Shown here: positions 9,508 through 19,710 of the stretch, piece by piece
Layout: each line of letters opens with the position of its first letter
Numbering within the stretch: the stretch's first letter is position 1
Virus record (IMG/VR): IMGVR_UViG_3300036834_000231
Coordinates: 32,283 to 96,282 of that record
DNA from: a virus
Length of the DNA: 64,000 nt
Reading direction: 5' to 3' (one strand)
Notes under the pieces: generated by a model
Seen by the model: the letters and a program-made list of their open reading frames with translations, nothing else
What the model was told of the DNA's origin: nothing
Databases searched by the model: none
Made by a program: the position numbers and the translations under genes

Positions 9508-9965
9508 TTGATGCCGAAAGGGATTGGCGGGAGCGAACCGCTGATCCCTTCAGCACCGATGATATCAAAAGAGGCCCTTTAAAACAGCAAACCCGCCTTC
9601 GCAAGAGGCGGGTCAGCCTCCGGTTTCCGCCAGATTTTTGAAATGCTCGGCCAATTTACCAAAGGCATCATCCAGGTTGTCGGCTTCGAATTTACAATCT
9701 GCCTTCAAATGAAATGTCGGCATCGGTGCGCTTCTCCACTAGGTTCATCGCGGCCAACTGGCGGCGTTCCTGCGAATCCTTGGGATAGAGAAATTGGGCG
9801 AATTCGAGCAAGGTATCCGCCAAGGCACAGCGGATAAAATCCAACGTATTCTTCATATGGATCGCAGCACGAAGAGAGCTATTCCCATTATCGCGAGCCA
9901 CAGGAAGATGAGCAGCAGAAGCATGCTGACGTCTATTTCCTTCAACGAGCGAAGGAGTCTAGACC

Positions 9966-10313
9966 TCAATGCACGACCTCGCTCGTTAAATTGTCGTCCT
10001 TGAGCAAGACCTCGTAGATGCGGAGATCCTGCCGGCCGATTTCGAGGTAGCGCACGCAATTGGGATAGAGCTCGGTGGCGCGTACGCTCTCGATCATGCC
10101 GTCGAGGACGGCCGAGACGCAGCGGGCGGCGGCACCCTGGTTATCGGGGCTGGCGAGGGCTAATTGCAGATTAGAGGCGACGGCGAGCAGGGAGGCGATG
10201 TCCATGTCGACCGTGATGCGCGCGCGCGGATCGCGGCTGGGATCGACCTCTGCGGTGGCTTGCGCGATAATCTCTTCCCACTGCTTGACAACTGCGGGAT
10301 CAGGAGGTTTCAT
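9966..10313 (-). CDS. Hypothetical protein
   Basis: GGAGGAG RBS; 115 aa. Confidence 0.6.
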   Translation of the reverse strand: MKPPDPAVVKQWEEIIAQATAEVDPSRDPRARITVDMDIASLLAVASNLQLALASPDNQGAAARCVSAVLDGMIESVRATELYPNCVRYLEIGRQDLRIYEVLLKDDNLTSEVVH

Positions 10314-10745
10314 GACTCCTCCGTTTTACGTAGTCATCGACGACGCTATTCATTTTGCGCCTTCCCTCTTTGAGCACGGTGGCGGCGTCCGCGAGCGACA
10401 AGCCGGTATCGGCGGCGAGGGATTCAACAGTGTTGTCGGCGGTGCGCAGGGCTTCGCGCGAATCGGCATGCGAGAGCGCGCAAGCGAAGCATATGGTCCG
10501 GACGGACTCTGGATTGTTTCGGATCAGTTCGACGGACGATGGAGACATCCACGCATCGCCGTGACAAAGGAAGCAACTGAACCTGGTTTGCGAGGCGATC
10601 ATATCCGCTTCTGGGATATACTTGCCCATGCCCACGATGACGACTACTTCTTGAGGCATTTTCAGGAAGGATATCACGGCGCCATCATCGGTGGTATCGC
10701 GATGGTATGACCGCGTAATATAAAGCGAGTGGCAGGTTTATAAGT

Positions 10746-10967
10746 ATGAACGATTTTGGATGGGCCTTAAGGCAACTCCACAATGGAGCTAAGGTATCGC
10801 GCTCGGGCTGGAACGGCAAAGGCATGTGGCTTCACCTGCAAGTGCCTGACGAGCACAGTAAGATGACCTTGCCCTACATTTACATGTTTACAGCCCAAGG
10901 CGATCTGGTGCCATGGCTCGCTAGTCAAACCGACGTATTGGCATTTGATTGGGCGTCCGCTGAATGA
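10746..10967 (+). CDS. DUF2829 / Tad2-like protein
   Basis: MNDFGWAL..L..GAKVSRSGWNGKGMWL...PWLASQTDVLAFDW pattern. Confidence 0.8.
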   Translation: MNDFGWALRQLHNGAKVSRSGWNGKGMWLHLQVPDEHSKMTLPYIYMFTAQGDLVPWLASQTDVLAFDWASAE

Positions 10968-11464
10968 ATCAGATCGTCGGCAAGCAAGCGAACGGGCGGG
11001 ATTACGTGGCGCTGGTGCTCGAACCGGGCAATCTGCACCGGCTGCAGAAGAAGCAGCCTATCACGGTGCGCATCGAGGATTTGTTCCCGGCCGGCATCCC
11101 GCGCAAATTGACTGTGCTGATTTCGTTCAGCGCGACGCCGCAGGCCGATGCGAAGAGGCTGCGCGAGACAGCCGAAGTGACGTTCGACGAGCGCACGCCC
11201 GTCAGCGAGAAGAAGAGACCGCATTGTCCAGAGTGCCGCTCGACGGTCGAGACGCTTGGCGTCTGGCGCAACGATTCGCCGCTGTGGCTGGTGTTTTGCC
11301 CGGTTTGCGGTTGCACACTCGGCATCGTACCGAAAGAGAAGGAGCCGGCCTGGAAAGCGGAACTCAGCAAAGCAGAGCCCGTGCGCAGTGATGAATCAAA
11401 AGAAGTGCTTGACGAAGTAGTCGATCCACCACACGCACAGCGCGACGAGCAAAATCATAAGTAG
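10964..11464 (+). CDS. Hypothetical zinc-ribbon protein
   Basis: CPEC...CPVC; overlaps the upstream stop. Confidence 0.55.
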   Translation: MNQIVGKQANGRDYVALVLEPGNLHRLQKKQPITVRIEDLFPAGIPRKLTVLISFSATPQADAKRLRETAEVTFDERTPVSEKKRPHCPECRSTVETLGVWRNDSPLWLVFCPVCGCTLGIVPKEKEPAWKAELSKAEPVRSDESKEVLDEVVDPPHAQRDEQNHK

Positions 11465-11797
11465 AGCAAAGAGCAGTATGTGAGCAACGTCATTCGAGAG
11501 CATCGAGACGCTCACGTGTTCGCTTGGCCGATTCGGAATGCGCAGCTCATGAGGATATCAGGCCCTTGGCTTTAGCTTCCGGGTAATCGACCCAGCGCCA
11601 ACCGAGAAAGCAGCGCACAAAGGCGCGGTGAATCCACCAGGGCCGCTTGGCCGCCACTACGTAAAAGTCGGGGAACAGCACGAACACGCCGGCCTGTGGC
11701 GGCGGCGTAAAAGGGCGGCACGCGGTCTTTCCAGATTCGTCTGGTTCGATGCGGGGCATGAGAGGAAAAGCATATCACGCCTTGATATCCTAGCGAT

Positions 11798-12124
11798 ATG
11801 TCTGTCGACAACTTCCAAGAGATCGCCCAGGAGATCGTCAACAAGGCCCAGCGGGCGGTGGACGATGTGATCGATCGACAGGGAAAAGCCGCCAAGGGCG
11901 CCTGGAAAGTGCAAGCCGGCGTGGTGCCGGGGAGTCGAATCGCAGAATACGATCGGGTATGGTTCTACACAGTCGAAGACTACGATCGGGACGGCGAGCA
12001 CGCGAACGATCCGAAGTACCTCACCAAATACAACGAGCTTCAGTGGGAAGCCATGCGCTACTACTTGCAGATCTCCGATCCACGGGTGAACAACTGGGCG
12101 GATCTGCAGTTCATCTGGTATTAG
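11798..12124 (+). CDS. Hypothetical protein (likely leaderless)
   Basis: TATCCT 6 nt before ATG; terminator downstream. Confidence 0.65.
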   Translation: MSVDNFQEIAQEIVNKAQRAVDDVIDRQGKAAKGAWKVQAGVVPGSRIAEYDRVWFYTVEDYDRDGEHANDPKYLTKYNELQWEAMRYYLQISDPRVNNWADLQFIWY

Positions 12125-12206
12125 CCCCCAAACTTTCTTGATAGAGTGAATGGGTCAGGACTGCGATAACCTTCACGTCATAACTCTTCGTCTTTTGGTA
12201 ATACAC

Positions 12207-12244
12207 AAGCCCGGCTCTTCCTCGGAGCCGGGTTTGTTTTTTTG
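12207..12244 (+). terminator. Rho-independent terminator
   Basis: CCCGGCTC/GAGCCGGG stem followed by TTTGTTTTTTT. Confidence 0.75.
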
Positions 12245-12433
12245 GGGCAACGCCATTTTCACACGCCAAGGCGCTTGCATTATTCAATCTAGTTTGATAT
12301 CATACAAGTATGGCGGGAAGCGGTTGGAACGAAGGATGGGCAATCGGCAACGATGCACCTAGGGCGTCGAGTCGATTGGCCGGAGTTACGAGCTCCGGCC
12401 TTTCAATCCTACTCGCCGTAGGAGGTGATCTGT

Positions 12434-12505
12434 ATGCACCTCGTGCTGAAGGTGGTCTTGATTTTTGGGACCATAGTGCTGAAGTTGCGGTGGAAACGCC
12501 GTTAA
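12434..12505 (+). CDS. Type I toxin-like 23-aa peptide MHLVLKVVLIFGTIVLKLRWKRR
   Basis: AGGAGGTGA RBS; hydrophobic core plus basic tail; flanking hairpins. Confidence 0.6.
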   Translation: MHLVLKVVLIFGTIVLKLRWKRR

Positions 12506-12578
12506 TCCAGGCACAGGAGGCGGCGGCCCACCCGTCGCCTTCCTTCTTCAGTATACCGCCAATTCAAACTAGTTCGAT

Positions 12579-12785
12579 ATGACAGACTACAAGGCGAGTT
12601 GGGATCTAGCCTCAATCCCAGACCAGGAGTTTTTTTCGGAACTTGGCCGCCGCAATGCTGCGAAGCGGAGCAAGCCGCTGGGCGGCGCCCGGCCCGGGGC
12701 TGGCCGCAAGGCAACTATGGCGCCGTGTCCGCGCTGCGGTCAATTGGTGACGGCCACGCAAGCGCGCCGCGGTCACGGTTGCTGA
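12579..12785 (+). CDS. Small basic Zn-finger DNA-binding protein
   Basis: GGARPGAGRK, CPRC...HGC. Confidence 0.55.
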   Translation: MTDYKASWDLASIPDQEFFSELGRRNAAKRSKPLGGARPGAGRKATMAPCPRCGQLVTATQARRGHGC

Positions 12786-12954
12786 GCCTCCAGAACGCCT
12801 TTACGCCGCAAACTCTCTTCGATCTCGTCTAAATCCAGACCCTCGAAGCCAGGATCAAAATTATCTTCGCACTCTGAGTCGGCAACGCAGGAGCGTAGGT
12901 ATTGGAGCTCGTCACGAGTCAGAGTTACGGTGATCTCTTGCGTTTCTTCGGGGC

Positions 12955-13305
12955 TCATGCAGTTCTTTCGGGGCCGAACTCGAACGCATGGTGCTCCGAG
13001 CCGTCCGGGAAGATGACCACGATCGGCGATAGACGAAACAAGCCATAGCCCGCGTAATCGCAAGGTTGGCGCTTGGCGCCCGTCGGGTTCTCGCCGAAGG
13101 CCTTCGGCGAGTCAGGCAGATAGCGGCTGAGGCATTCGCACGTGGCGCTGTCCGGGGTCGCGCCCTGATCTTTGAATTGCCGGAAGTCCTCGATCGAGGC
13201 GACGTGGCCGCAGACGGGGCATCCAAAACGCCAGCAGAAAATGTCAGGTCCGAAGCGCCGCGTGCCCTCGTCGAGCCACTCCTGATGGGTCATTCGAGCG
13301 GGCAT
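12955..13305 (-). CDS. VVA0879-like phage protein
   Basis: EWLDEGTRRFG..WRFGCPVCGH...CECLSRY...CDYAGYGLF. Confidence 0.7.
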   Translation of the reverse strand: MPARMTHQEWLDEGTRRFGPDIFCWRFGCPVCGHVASIEDFRQFKDQGATPDSATCECLSRYLPDSPKAFGENPTGAKRQPCDYAGYGLFRLSPIVVIFPDGSEHHAFEFGPERTA

Positions 13306-14253
13306 ATCGCGCTGACCTCCTCGATGAAGCGGATCGCCCATTCGAGCGCAGATTGCTCAGACTTGTCAAAGTCGGGGTCGCCGCGGTGCGTGGCAATGCG
13401 ATGAGTGAGCCAGTCACACCGCCGGCGCAGCCGGTCGAGGCGGTCCAATTCCTTGGGCGTCAACGTGGTACGGATCGCGAGAGGTTTACTCACGATGACT
13501 TCTTCCGCAGGGAATTGCGAAAGGAAAATGGTATCACGGTAACCATCATGTTAAAGAGTCTCAGCTTTCTTAAGCTGCTGAGCAAGCTACGGTTTGTGCA
13601 ACAGGCTCTCGCACTGCCGGGCCTCGGGCACTTTCTCTGCGATCTGTTCGCATAGCCCTTGCAGAAAACCGTGCAGCCACATGAGCTGCTCTTTGTCCTG
13701 CTCGCCGGCCACTTCATCTTGCAGGCCGTGCGCGAACTTGACGATCAAGTCGTTCATGATTCGAAGACCGGAGAGCCCGTCTAGAGCCCTCCGGCGCTCC
13801 GCATATTTGCGAAGTTTCTGAGAACTCCTCTCAGTCTACCCGAAAGCCCGGTGGCCCAGAGCAGTTGTCGCCTTGCGCTTTCATGGTCGGCGCTGCAGAA
13901 TGGCGCGCTCCATGGGCGAGTGCTTGGCGCAGGCCCAGTACCTGGTCGTTCGAATGAGGAACGCGCAGGTTCCCGGCTGGCCGGGACGGCAAACCGCCGC
14001 CACGTGTTCTTCCGTCACCGGCGCCGGGTCGTCGCGTTCGGGAATCAGCACCTGCCCATGATGCCATGGCAGTTGTCCACTTTTTTTCGGGATACTAGGG
14101 CCCTTGCCGCTCTGCTGCTTAGGAGACGACAGAGCAAGGAATTTTAAGCACAGGATGCGTCCTTATGCTACAGTCCCGATTGACAGAAGGGAAAAGCCGG
14201 GAGTAAGGTCCCGGCTTCTCCGATACCACTTCCAGCTAAGGAGGTGATCGTAC

Positions 14254-14331
14254 TTGGTCATCAGACTCAGACTGGCCCTATTTTTGGTAGGGTCGCTAAA
14301 ATTCTACCTCTCCCTGCAAAGGGCGCGGTAG
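14254..14331 (+). CDS. Type I toxin-like 25-aa peptide MVIRLRLALFLVGSLKFYLSLQRAR
   Basis: AAGGAGGTGA RBS, TTG start; paralog at 14827 with synonymous and conservative changes. Confidence 0.7.
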   Translation: MVIRLRLALFLVGSLKFYLSLQRAR

Positions 14332-14371
14332 CGACCTCAGTTTACGACAGCAGCAAGCGCGCGAGAAAGCC

Positions 14372-14590
14372 ATGAAACGCCACGATCTGCCAGCCGAGTA
14401 TTTCCCGTTCACGATCGAAGCCATCAACCCGGCGACCGGCCAGGTGGTTTGGTTCCGGCGCGTGGACAAACCGGATGGAGTTCTTAAGCTCGAGATTCCG
14501 CCGCTCGCGCGCCAGCTCGGGCATCCGGTTTCGATCCGCTTGGTCTTTGCTGACGGCTCAGTCGAAGAAGGCGGCGAGCTCTTAACATAG
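14372..14590 (+). CDS. Hypothetical protein
   Basis: 72-aa ORF between the two peptide modules. Confidence 0.5.
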   Translation: MKRHDLPAEYFPFTIEAINPATGQVVWFRRVDKPDGVLKLEIPPLARQLGHPVSIRLVFADGSVEEGGELLT

Positions 14591-14826
14591 GCCCAAGTCT
14601 TGCCACGGCAGTTGTCCGCCTTCCCCGGACGACTGGTTTCGCATTCTGGGAACTGCTAGTGCTGCTAGCTCTTCGAGCATAGCAAGCGTTTACAATGGAA
14701 ATTCCTAGGCCGAAAGGTTGGAGAGGCGAGCGTTCTTTTGTCGGCTATTCAGTTCGGCCGAGAAGGGAAAAGCCGGGATAGCGTCCCGGCTCTCCAATAC
14801 CACTTCCGGTTAGGGAGGTGATCGTT

Positions 14827-14904
14827 TTGATCATCCGAATACGGCTGGCCCTATTCCTAATAGGGTCACTGGAGTTCTATCTCTCCCTGCGAAGGGCTAG
14901 ATAA
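14827..14904 (+). CDS. Type I toxin-like 25-aa peptide MIIRIRLALFLIGSLEFYLSLRRAR
   Basis: GGGAGGTGA RBS, TTG start; paralog of 14254-14331. Confidence 0.7.
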   Translation: MIIRIRLALFLIGSLEFYLSLRRAR

Positions 14905-14974
14905 ATTCCGGTTGGGTCGTCAGCCTCGCACGCTGGCGGCCCACCGTATTCAGTTTACGACAACAGCAGGCCGC

Positions 14975-15511
14975 TCATTTCCGTTCGCGCAGCTCGCGCC
15001 AAACCTCGGCCAGGCTGATCGTGGCGCCGTTCGTCAGCTTAAACTCCTCCAAGCGATCGAGTTGTCGACGCTCGCGGTTCCAAATCCAGGCGCTCTCGGC
15101 TTGCGGGTCGGCGAGGTACACCTGCTCGATGCCGATACGGACGTACTCTTCGCACTTGGCCAGGACTCGCGTCATGGCGTCGTCCGGAGACAGAATCTCG
15201 ATCACTATCTCGATCTGACCGGGCTCGGTCGGGTAAGGCGTCGGGATGCTCTGCCGGCCGGCGGCGACATCCGGCCGCGGTGCGAACTCGGGATCCAGCC
15301 GCAGATCCAATTCCGTCGCCGCCTTGTAGCCCGCTCGCCTAAGTGCCTCGCTCAAAATCACTTGCAGTAGGGAATGCAGCCAGGTGGCCATGCTTTTTTC
15401 GACCAGCGCGCCGTGCCAGAATTCGTACGGTCGCTCGCTCGATTGATAGAGCAGCGCAAACTCTTGAAAAGTGAGCGGTCCGGCTACGGCGGCCATGTCT
15501 TCAGCCATCAT
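14975..15511 (-). CDS. Uma2 family endonuclease
   Basis: YEFWHG, H, RPDV, IEILSPDD, YVRIGI. Confidence 0.88.
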   Translation of the reverse strand: MMAEDMAAVAGPLTFQEFALLYQSSERPYEFWHGALVEKSMATWLHSLLQVILSEALRRAGYKAATELDLRLDPEFAPRPDVAAGRQSIPTPYPTEPGQIEIVIEILSPDDAMTRVLAKCEEYVRIGIEQVYLADPQAESAWIWNRERRQLDRLEEFKLTNGATISLAEVWRELRERK

Positions 15512-15573
15512 GCCACGGCAGGTAAACCACTACTTCTTTGAGTCTCGGTTCGGTCGAGCCACCGAGCAGTCTC

Positions 15574-16134
15574 CTACAAGTTCACGCCCGCGAAAATCTC
15601 AGGGAGGGCAACTTCGAACGGCCATTCCATGCGGCCCGCCCGAATGATTTCCGGGGTCGGATCTTCGGGCCTGTAAACCAGTACAACCTGTTTGGTTAGT
15701 TCGACCTCTACGACTGCCCCGGCTCCTGCTTCGAGGTACAAGCCCACTTTCTGCAAACGTTTCGCCCGGCGCTCCGAGGGCGAAATCACCTCGACCACAA
15801 AGAGCGGCTTTCCCTCGAACCAGCGGCCGCCACGCAGCGAATCCTCGTAATCGCCGGCTGAGAGCACCATCAAGTCCGGACCAGGCACGTTGTCGCGGCC
15901 GGTCGGCGATTGGAAATGCCAGCCGGCTTCCCGGACCACCCGGTGAAGCAGGAACTGCTTCTCTAACAACCGCTCCAGATTCTTGACCACGACCACATGG
16001 GGCGTCATCGGAAAGGGCGCCAAGACCTGCTCTCCTTCAATCAGCTCATCTCGGTACCAAATCCCGTCGATGACTCGCTCGTCGAGCTTCGCGTATTCTG
16101 CCGCGGTCCAGAGCGCATCCGCTTTCGCAGCCAT
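15574..16134 (-). CDS. Uma2 family endonuclease
   Basis: ELIEGE, H, GPDL, VVEVISPSE, YLEAGA. Confidence 0.88.
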   Translation of the reverse strand: MAAKADALWTAAEYAKLDERVIDGIWYRDELIEGEQVLAPFPMTPHVVVVKNLERLLEKQFLLHRVVREAGWHFQSPTGRDNVPGPDLMVLSAGDYEDSLRGGRWFEGKPLFVVEVISPSERRAKRLQKVGLYLEAGAGAVVEVELTKQVVLVYRPEDPTPEIIRAGRMEWPFEVALPEIFAGVNL

Positions 16135-16510
16135 GCAGCCATGATGCCACGGCCCGCCGCGCCCATTTGCCACAACCCCGCGCTTTTTCCCCCCAACTTC
16201 AGCACTTTTCCCTCCGACTTGGCCACTTTTCCTTCAACTTTCCTCCCTTTTTGCCCTTTTCCCGCCCCTTTTCTTATCCTGCTGCAAAACTAGCATGCGC
16301 CTTCTTATCAACACCTTACCAACCGCCCCCCGCTGCTGGGTGCGTGGGGATCGGCGCCCCCGCGCCTCTGCGTTTTTTTTCAACGATTTTCCCGGCTGCG
16401 CGCCAATCCCAACGGCATTCGAGCTTGGTGCCCATTTTGCAGCTAAGTCCATTGTAATGTTGGGGTTGATTGACAGCATACACAATTGTATGGCACAATA
16501 GTGAATGTAG

Positions 16511-16789
16511 ATGCGCTTCACCTGGGACGCCGAAAAGAATCGAAGGAACATACTAAAACACGATGTTTCTTTCGAGGTGGCGGCAGAGGTGTTCGGCGAC
16601 CCACAACACCTCGTTTCGCAGAACTACCTCATCGACGGCGAACAGCGCGAGCAAGTCATCGGGATGACTGAAGGCTTGGTCTTGCTGCTGGTCGTGTTCG
16701 TGGAGCACACCAGCGAGGGCGAGGACGTGATCCACATAATCTCAGCGAGGAAGGCCAACAAATACGAGGAAGGACTTTATGCCGAGTAA
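16511..16789 (+). CDS. brnT: BrnT family toxin
   Basis: MRFTWDAEKNRRNILKHDVSFE...IISARKA. Confidence 0.92.
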   Translation: MRFTWDAEKNRRNILKHDVSFEVAAEVFGDPQHLVSQNYLIDGEQREQVIGMTEGLVLLLVVFVEHTSEGEDVIHIISARKANKYEEGLYAE

Positions 16790-17048
16790 GATTTCAGACA
16801 AGACCCGTAAGCTGTACGAAGAGCGCGACAAGGCAATGGACAACGATCCAGATGCGCCGGTGCTGGCGCCCGAGATGTGGGCGAATGGCGTGAGGGGCAA
16901 GTACTACAAAGTAAGGAAACAACCCGTTACCGTGCGTGTGGACATGGACGTATTGGAATGGCTCAAGTCACAGGGTGAAGGCCACCTGACGAAGATCAAC
17001 CAGATCCTGCGCGAGCGGATGCTGGCTGATCTGAAACGCGCCTCGTAG
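16779..17048 (+). CDS. brnA: BrnA family antitoxin
   Basis: KQPVTVRVDMDVLEWLKSQGEGHLTKINQILR; overlaps brnT. Confidence 0.92.
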   Translation: MPSKISDKTRKLYEERDKAMDNDPDAPVLAPEMWANGVRGKYYKVRKQPVTVRVDMDVLEWLKSQGEGHLTKINQILRERMLADLKRAS

Positions 17049-17209
17049 TGAGGCTCGGTGAAGTCGGGCCGGCCGGTGTGCCGAAAATGGCCGTTTGAGG
17101 TACGCGGAAAAGTGGGCGAGGCAGGGAAAATTAGCCCAATGTTTTCAGAGGCTTATGGGATAAGGAAGGCGCGAAAAACGGGACCCTTTTTGGTACGGCC
17201 GCCGGTGGG

Positions 17210-17458
17210 CTAGCTGCCGAAGTCGAAATTGGGATCGACCTGGCGGTCGAGCGTGGCGGCCAGGCGTGGCTCGGGCTGACGAGGGACCTCAGGAAGCGTG
17301 GAATGGCTTACTGTTTTTTCCCGAGCGATAGCGGCAACGGCAATCTTGTTTTTCCGGGGTCGGTTCCAATACGGGCTTTTGCACCTCGGGCAGTTCTTTG
17401 GAGCCTCTACCCGGTTGGCCCAGAGGTACTCGCAGCGGGCGCAGACCTGCTTTTCCAT
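17210..17458 (-). CDS. Small zinc-ribbon protein
   Basis: CARCEYLW...CPRCKSPYWN. Confidence 0.65.
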   Translation of the reverse strand: MEKQVCARCEYLWANRVEAPKNCPRCKSPYWNRPRKNKIAVAAIAREKTVSHSTLPEVPRQPEPRLAATLDRQVDPNFDFGS

Positions 17459-17479
17459 GTGTAATCATCATAATAGAAA

Positions 17480-17722
17480 ATGGATACCCAACTCGCTACC
17501 GCGGTTGTCTCCTCGGGCGGATCTGTGCTCGTCGCTCTGGGCGCGCTCTGGTTCAATTCCTTCCACATCAGCAAGCGCATGGACGACATGCGCCAGGATA
17601 TTCGGGACGTGCGCTCGGAGTTGCACGACCTGCGCTCGGAGTTGCACACGTTCAAGGAAGTCGTCAATTCAAAGTTCGCGGCGCTGGATCTGGAAATCGC
17701 GAAATTTCTGGACCGGCGGTAA
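17480..17722 (+). CDS. TM plus coiled-coil small protein
   Basis: N-terminal hydrophobic helix; heptad repeats DVRSELH/DLRSELH. Confidence 0.7.
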   Translation: MDTQLATAVVSSGGSVLVALGALWFNSFHISKRMDDMRQDIRDVRSELHDLRSELHTFKEVVNSKFAALDLEIAKFLDRR

Positions 17723-17904
17723 TGCTGACCGAATGGGGGCCCGCGATCTTGATTTGTGCAGTCTTCTATGGCGCGTTGCTCTATGGGACTAGACGGCGAC
17801 CGGACGATCTGGAGCGGAGCCTCAACCGACGCGTTGACGATCTGGACCGTAAGCTGAGTAGACGGATGGACGATCTGGAGCGCGACTTGAAGCGACATTA
17901 CTGA
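17722..17904 (+). CDS. TM plus coiled-coil small protein
   Basis: MLTEWGPAILICAVFYGALLY then 11-residue RxDDLER repeats. Confidence 0.65.
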   Translation: MLTEWGPAILICAVFYGALLYGTRRRPDDLERSLNRRVDDLDRKLSRRMDDLERDLKRHY

Positions 17905-19101
17905 TCCGTCGCTACCTGCTCTCCCCGCTGGCCCAGATGTTCGTCGTCTGCGCCCGTTCGAAGTGAACGGAGAATTCGCCGTTCACCTCCTGCACGACTG
18001 CGATGTAGCCTTGGCTCGCCAGCTCGCGCATGCGGCGTCTCGCCTCGCTCTCGCTGTTGAATTGTTCCGTCTGTTTCATTTCAACGCCACCCCATTCTTA
18101 GCTGCTTTATGACATTGATGCCGAGGAACCAGAAACCCTTCAGGGGTGCGCCATCTTCGCAAATCAGCGTCCAGCGCCTATCTTGCGTCCCGTGTGCGAG
18201 CAACGCTTCTTTGATCGTTTCCGGCGTAGCGCGATCAGCATAACGAACGCCATCCCGCCCAGTCCAGACGATCCACATACGATGACCGAAACGCGCCTTT
18301 CGCAGCGCCGTCTGATACGAGTCTTTACCGCTGATACGCGTTGTAGTCATTCGCTCACCTCGCACACGTAGCGTAATCATTGCCGGTACGCTTTCTGCAA
18401 AATCCGTTCGAGCTTCCACATCGGCTCGCTGTCAGTGGCTCCGAGGTCTGCGTACTTCTTCCACGTTGGCCACGCCTTGGCTTGCGCCTCAGCCTCGGTG
18501 TCGCTGGTATTGATGGCATCCTGGAGAGCGTCGCTCATCGCGCAGGCGGCCTCTTCGGCACCAGGCTCATGCGAGTACAGGTCCCATTCGTCCGCCGTCA
18601 GATTGATTGTGGCCTGTGGCTTCTTCGTAATTAGATATCCCATATTTCCCTTTTCCGAGCCAGTCGGCTCACGAGGCGTCCGGCCCGCAGCCAGGCGCCC
18701 TAGTGCCTACTCGCCAACAACAGACATTGCTTCGCGGATCACCCGCTGCTTAATCCACTCTTCGCACTCCGCTTTTGATCCGTGGTACAGCCAGTCGTCG
18801 CCCACCCAAACGCCATGCGTCCCGCGCAGCTCCGCCGGCGCATCGGTGTCAAGATGCCGGCGCACTTCATACACCCGCCCGCCCTGCCATCTCTCCTCGT
18901 TCTTTGTCATCTAGATTTCCCCTTGTCCTGTGATGTCGCCGCGAGCTTCACCGCGGCCGCTGCTCTTCGGAAGGCAGCTTGCAACTGTTTCTCGTTGTAC
19001 TTCGGGCGCAGCCATTTCTTGGCGCTCTTGTGAGCCGCGTTCTGTTCTGCCATGAATATCACCCATATAATTTATATAATACAATGGAACGAATATGCGC
19101 G

Positions 19102-19365
19102 CTATGCGCGTTGCGTTTTTGCCTTACTGCACTTGTGCGCGCGCATTTCACGCGCACTCAGCTCCAGCCCGCACTTAGGGCAGAGTCTTATCACTCGCGG
19201 TCGACCGCCCTGCGCACTGTCGCACTTGTGTGCGCGCATCTCACGCGCACTCAGTTCCAGCCCGCACTTAGGGCAGGGTCTTATCACGCGCGGTCGACCG
19301 CCGCCGTAGGTCTTACGCAGGGCGTTAAGCGCCCTCCCGAGAGCGGACTTCGCTGCGCGATTCAT
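19102..19365 (-). CDS. Tandem Zn-finger protein (two 31-aa units GGRPRVIRxCPKCGLELSAREMRAHKC)
   Basis: 93-bp tandem DNA duplication at about 19129-19302. Confidence 0.7.
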   Translation of the reverse strand: MNRAAKSALGRALNALRKTYGGGRPRVIRPCPKCGLELSAREMRAHKCDSAQGGRPRVIRLCPKCGLELSAREMRAHKCSKAKTQRA

Positions 19366-19710
19366 TTGCTCACCCCCTCGATCCGCTCGCGCACCTTGAC
19401 GATCTTGAGCGGGTACTGCGGGCAGTTCTCGCGGTAGGCCTTTAGGTTCGCCAGCATTGCCGCGCGCGTCTCTTCAGTTATCTCGTGCTCCCACCCCTGC
19501 CCGTAGTTCAGATAGAAACGCCACACGTCGCGAGTCTTTCGAACATAGCGCCTCATTGCGCAGTCCCCCCGTCCTTTAGGCGCGCTGTCCGCTGCAGCCG
19601 ATCATGAAAGTACCGCGCGCGCGAGCCGTTGGCGTTCTTGGGTTTCCGGTACCTAACCCGGGCAAGATTGTGCAACGCGTCTTTCAGGACCACGGGATTT
19701 TTCAACCGTT

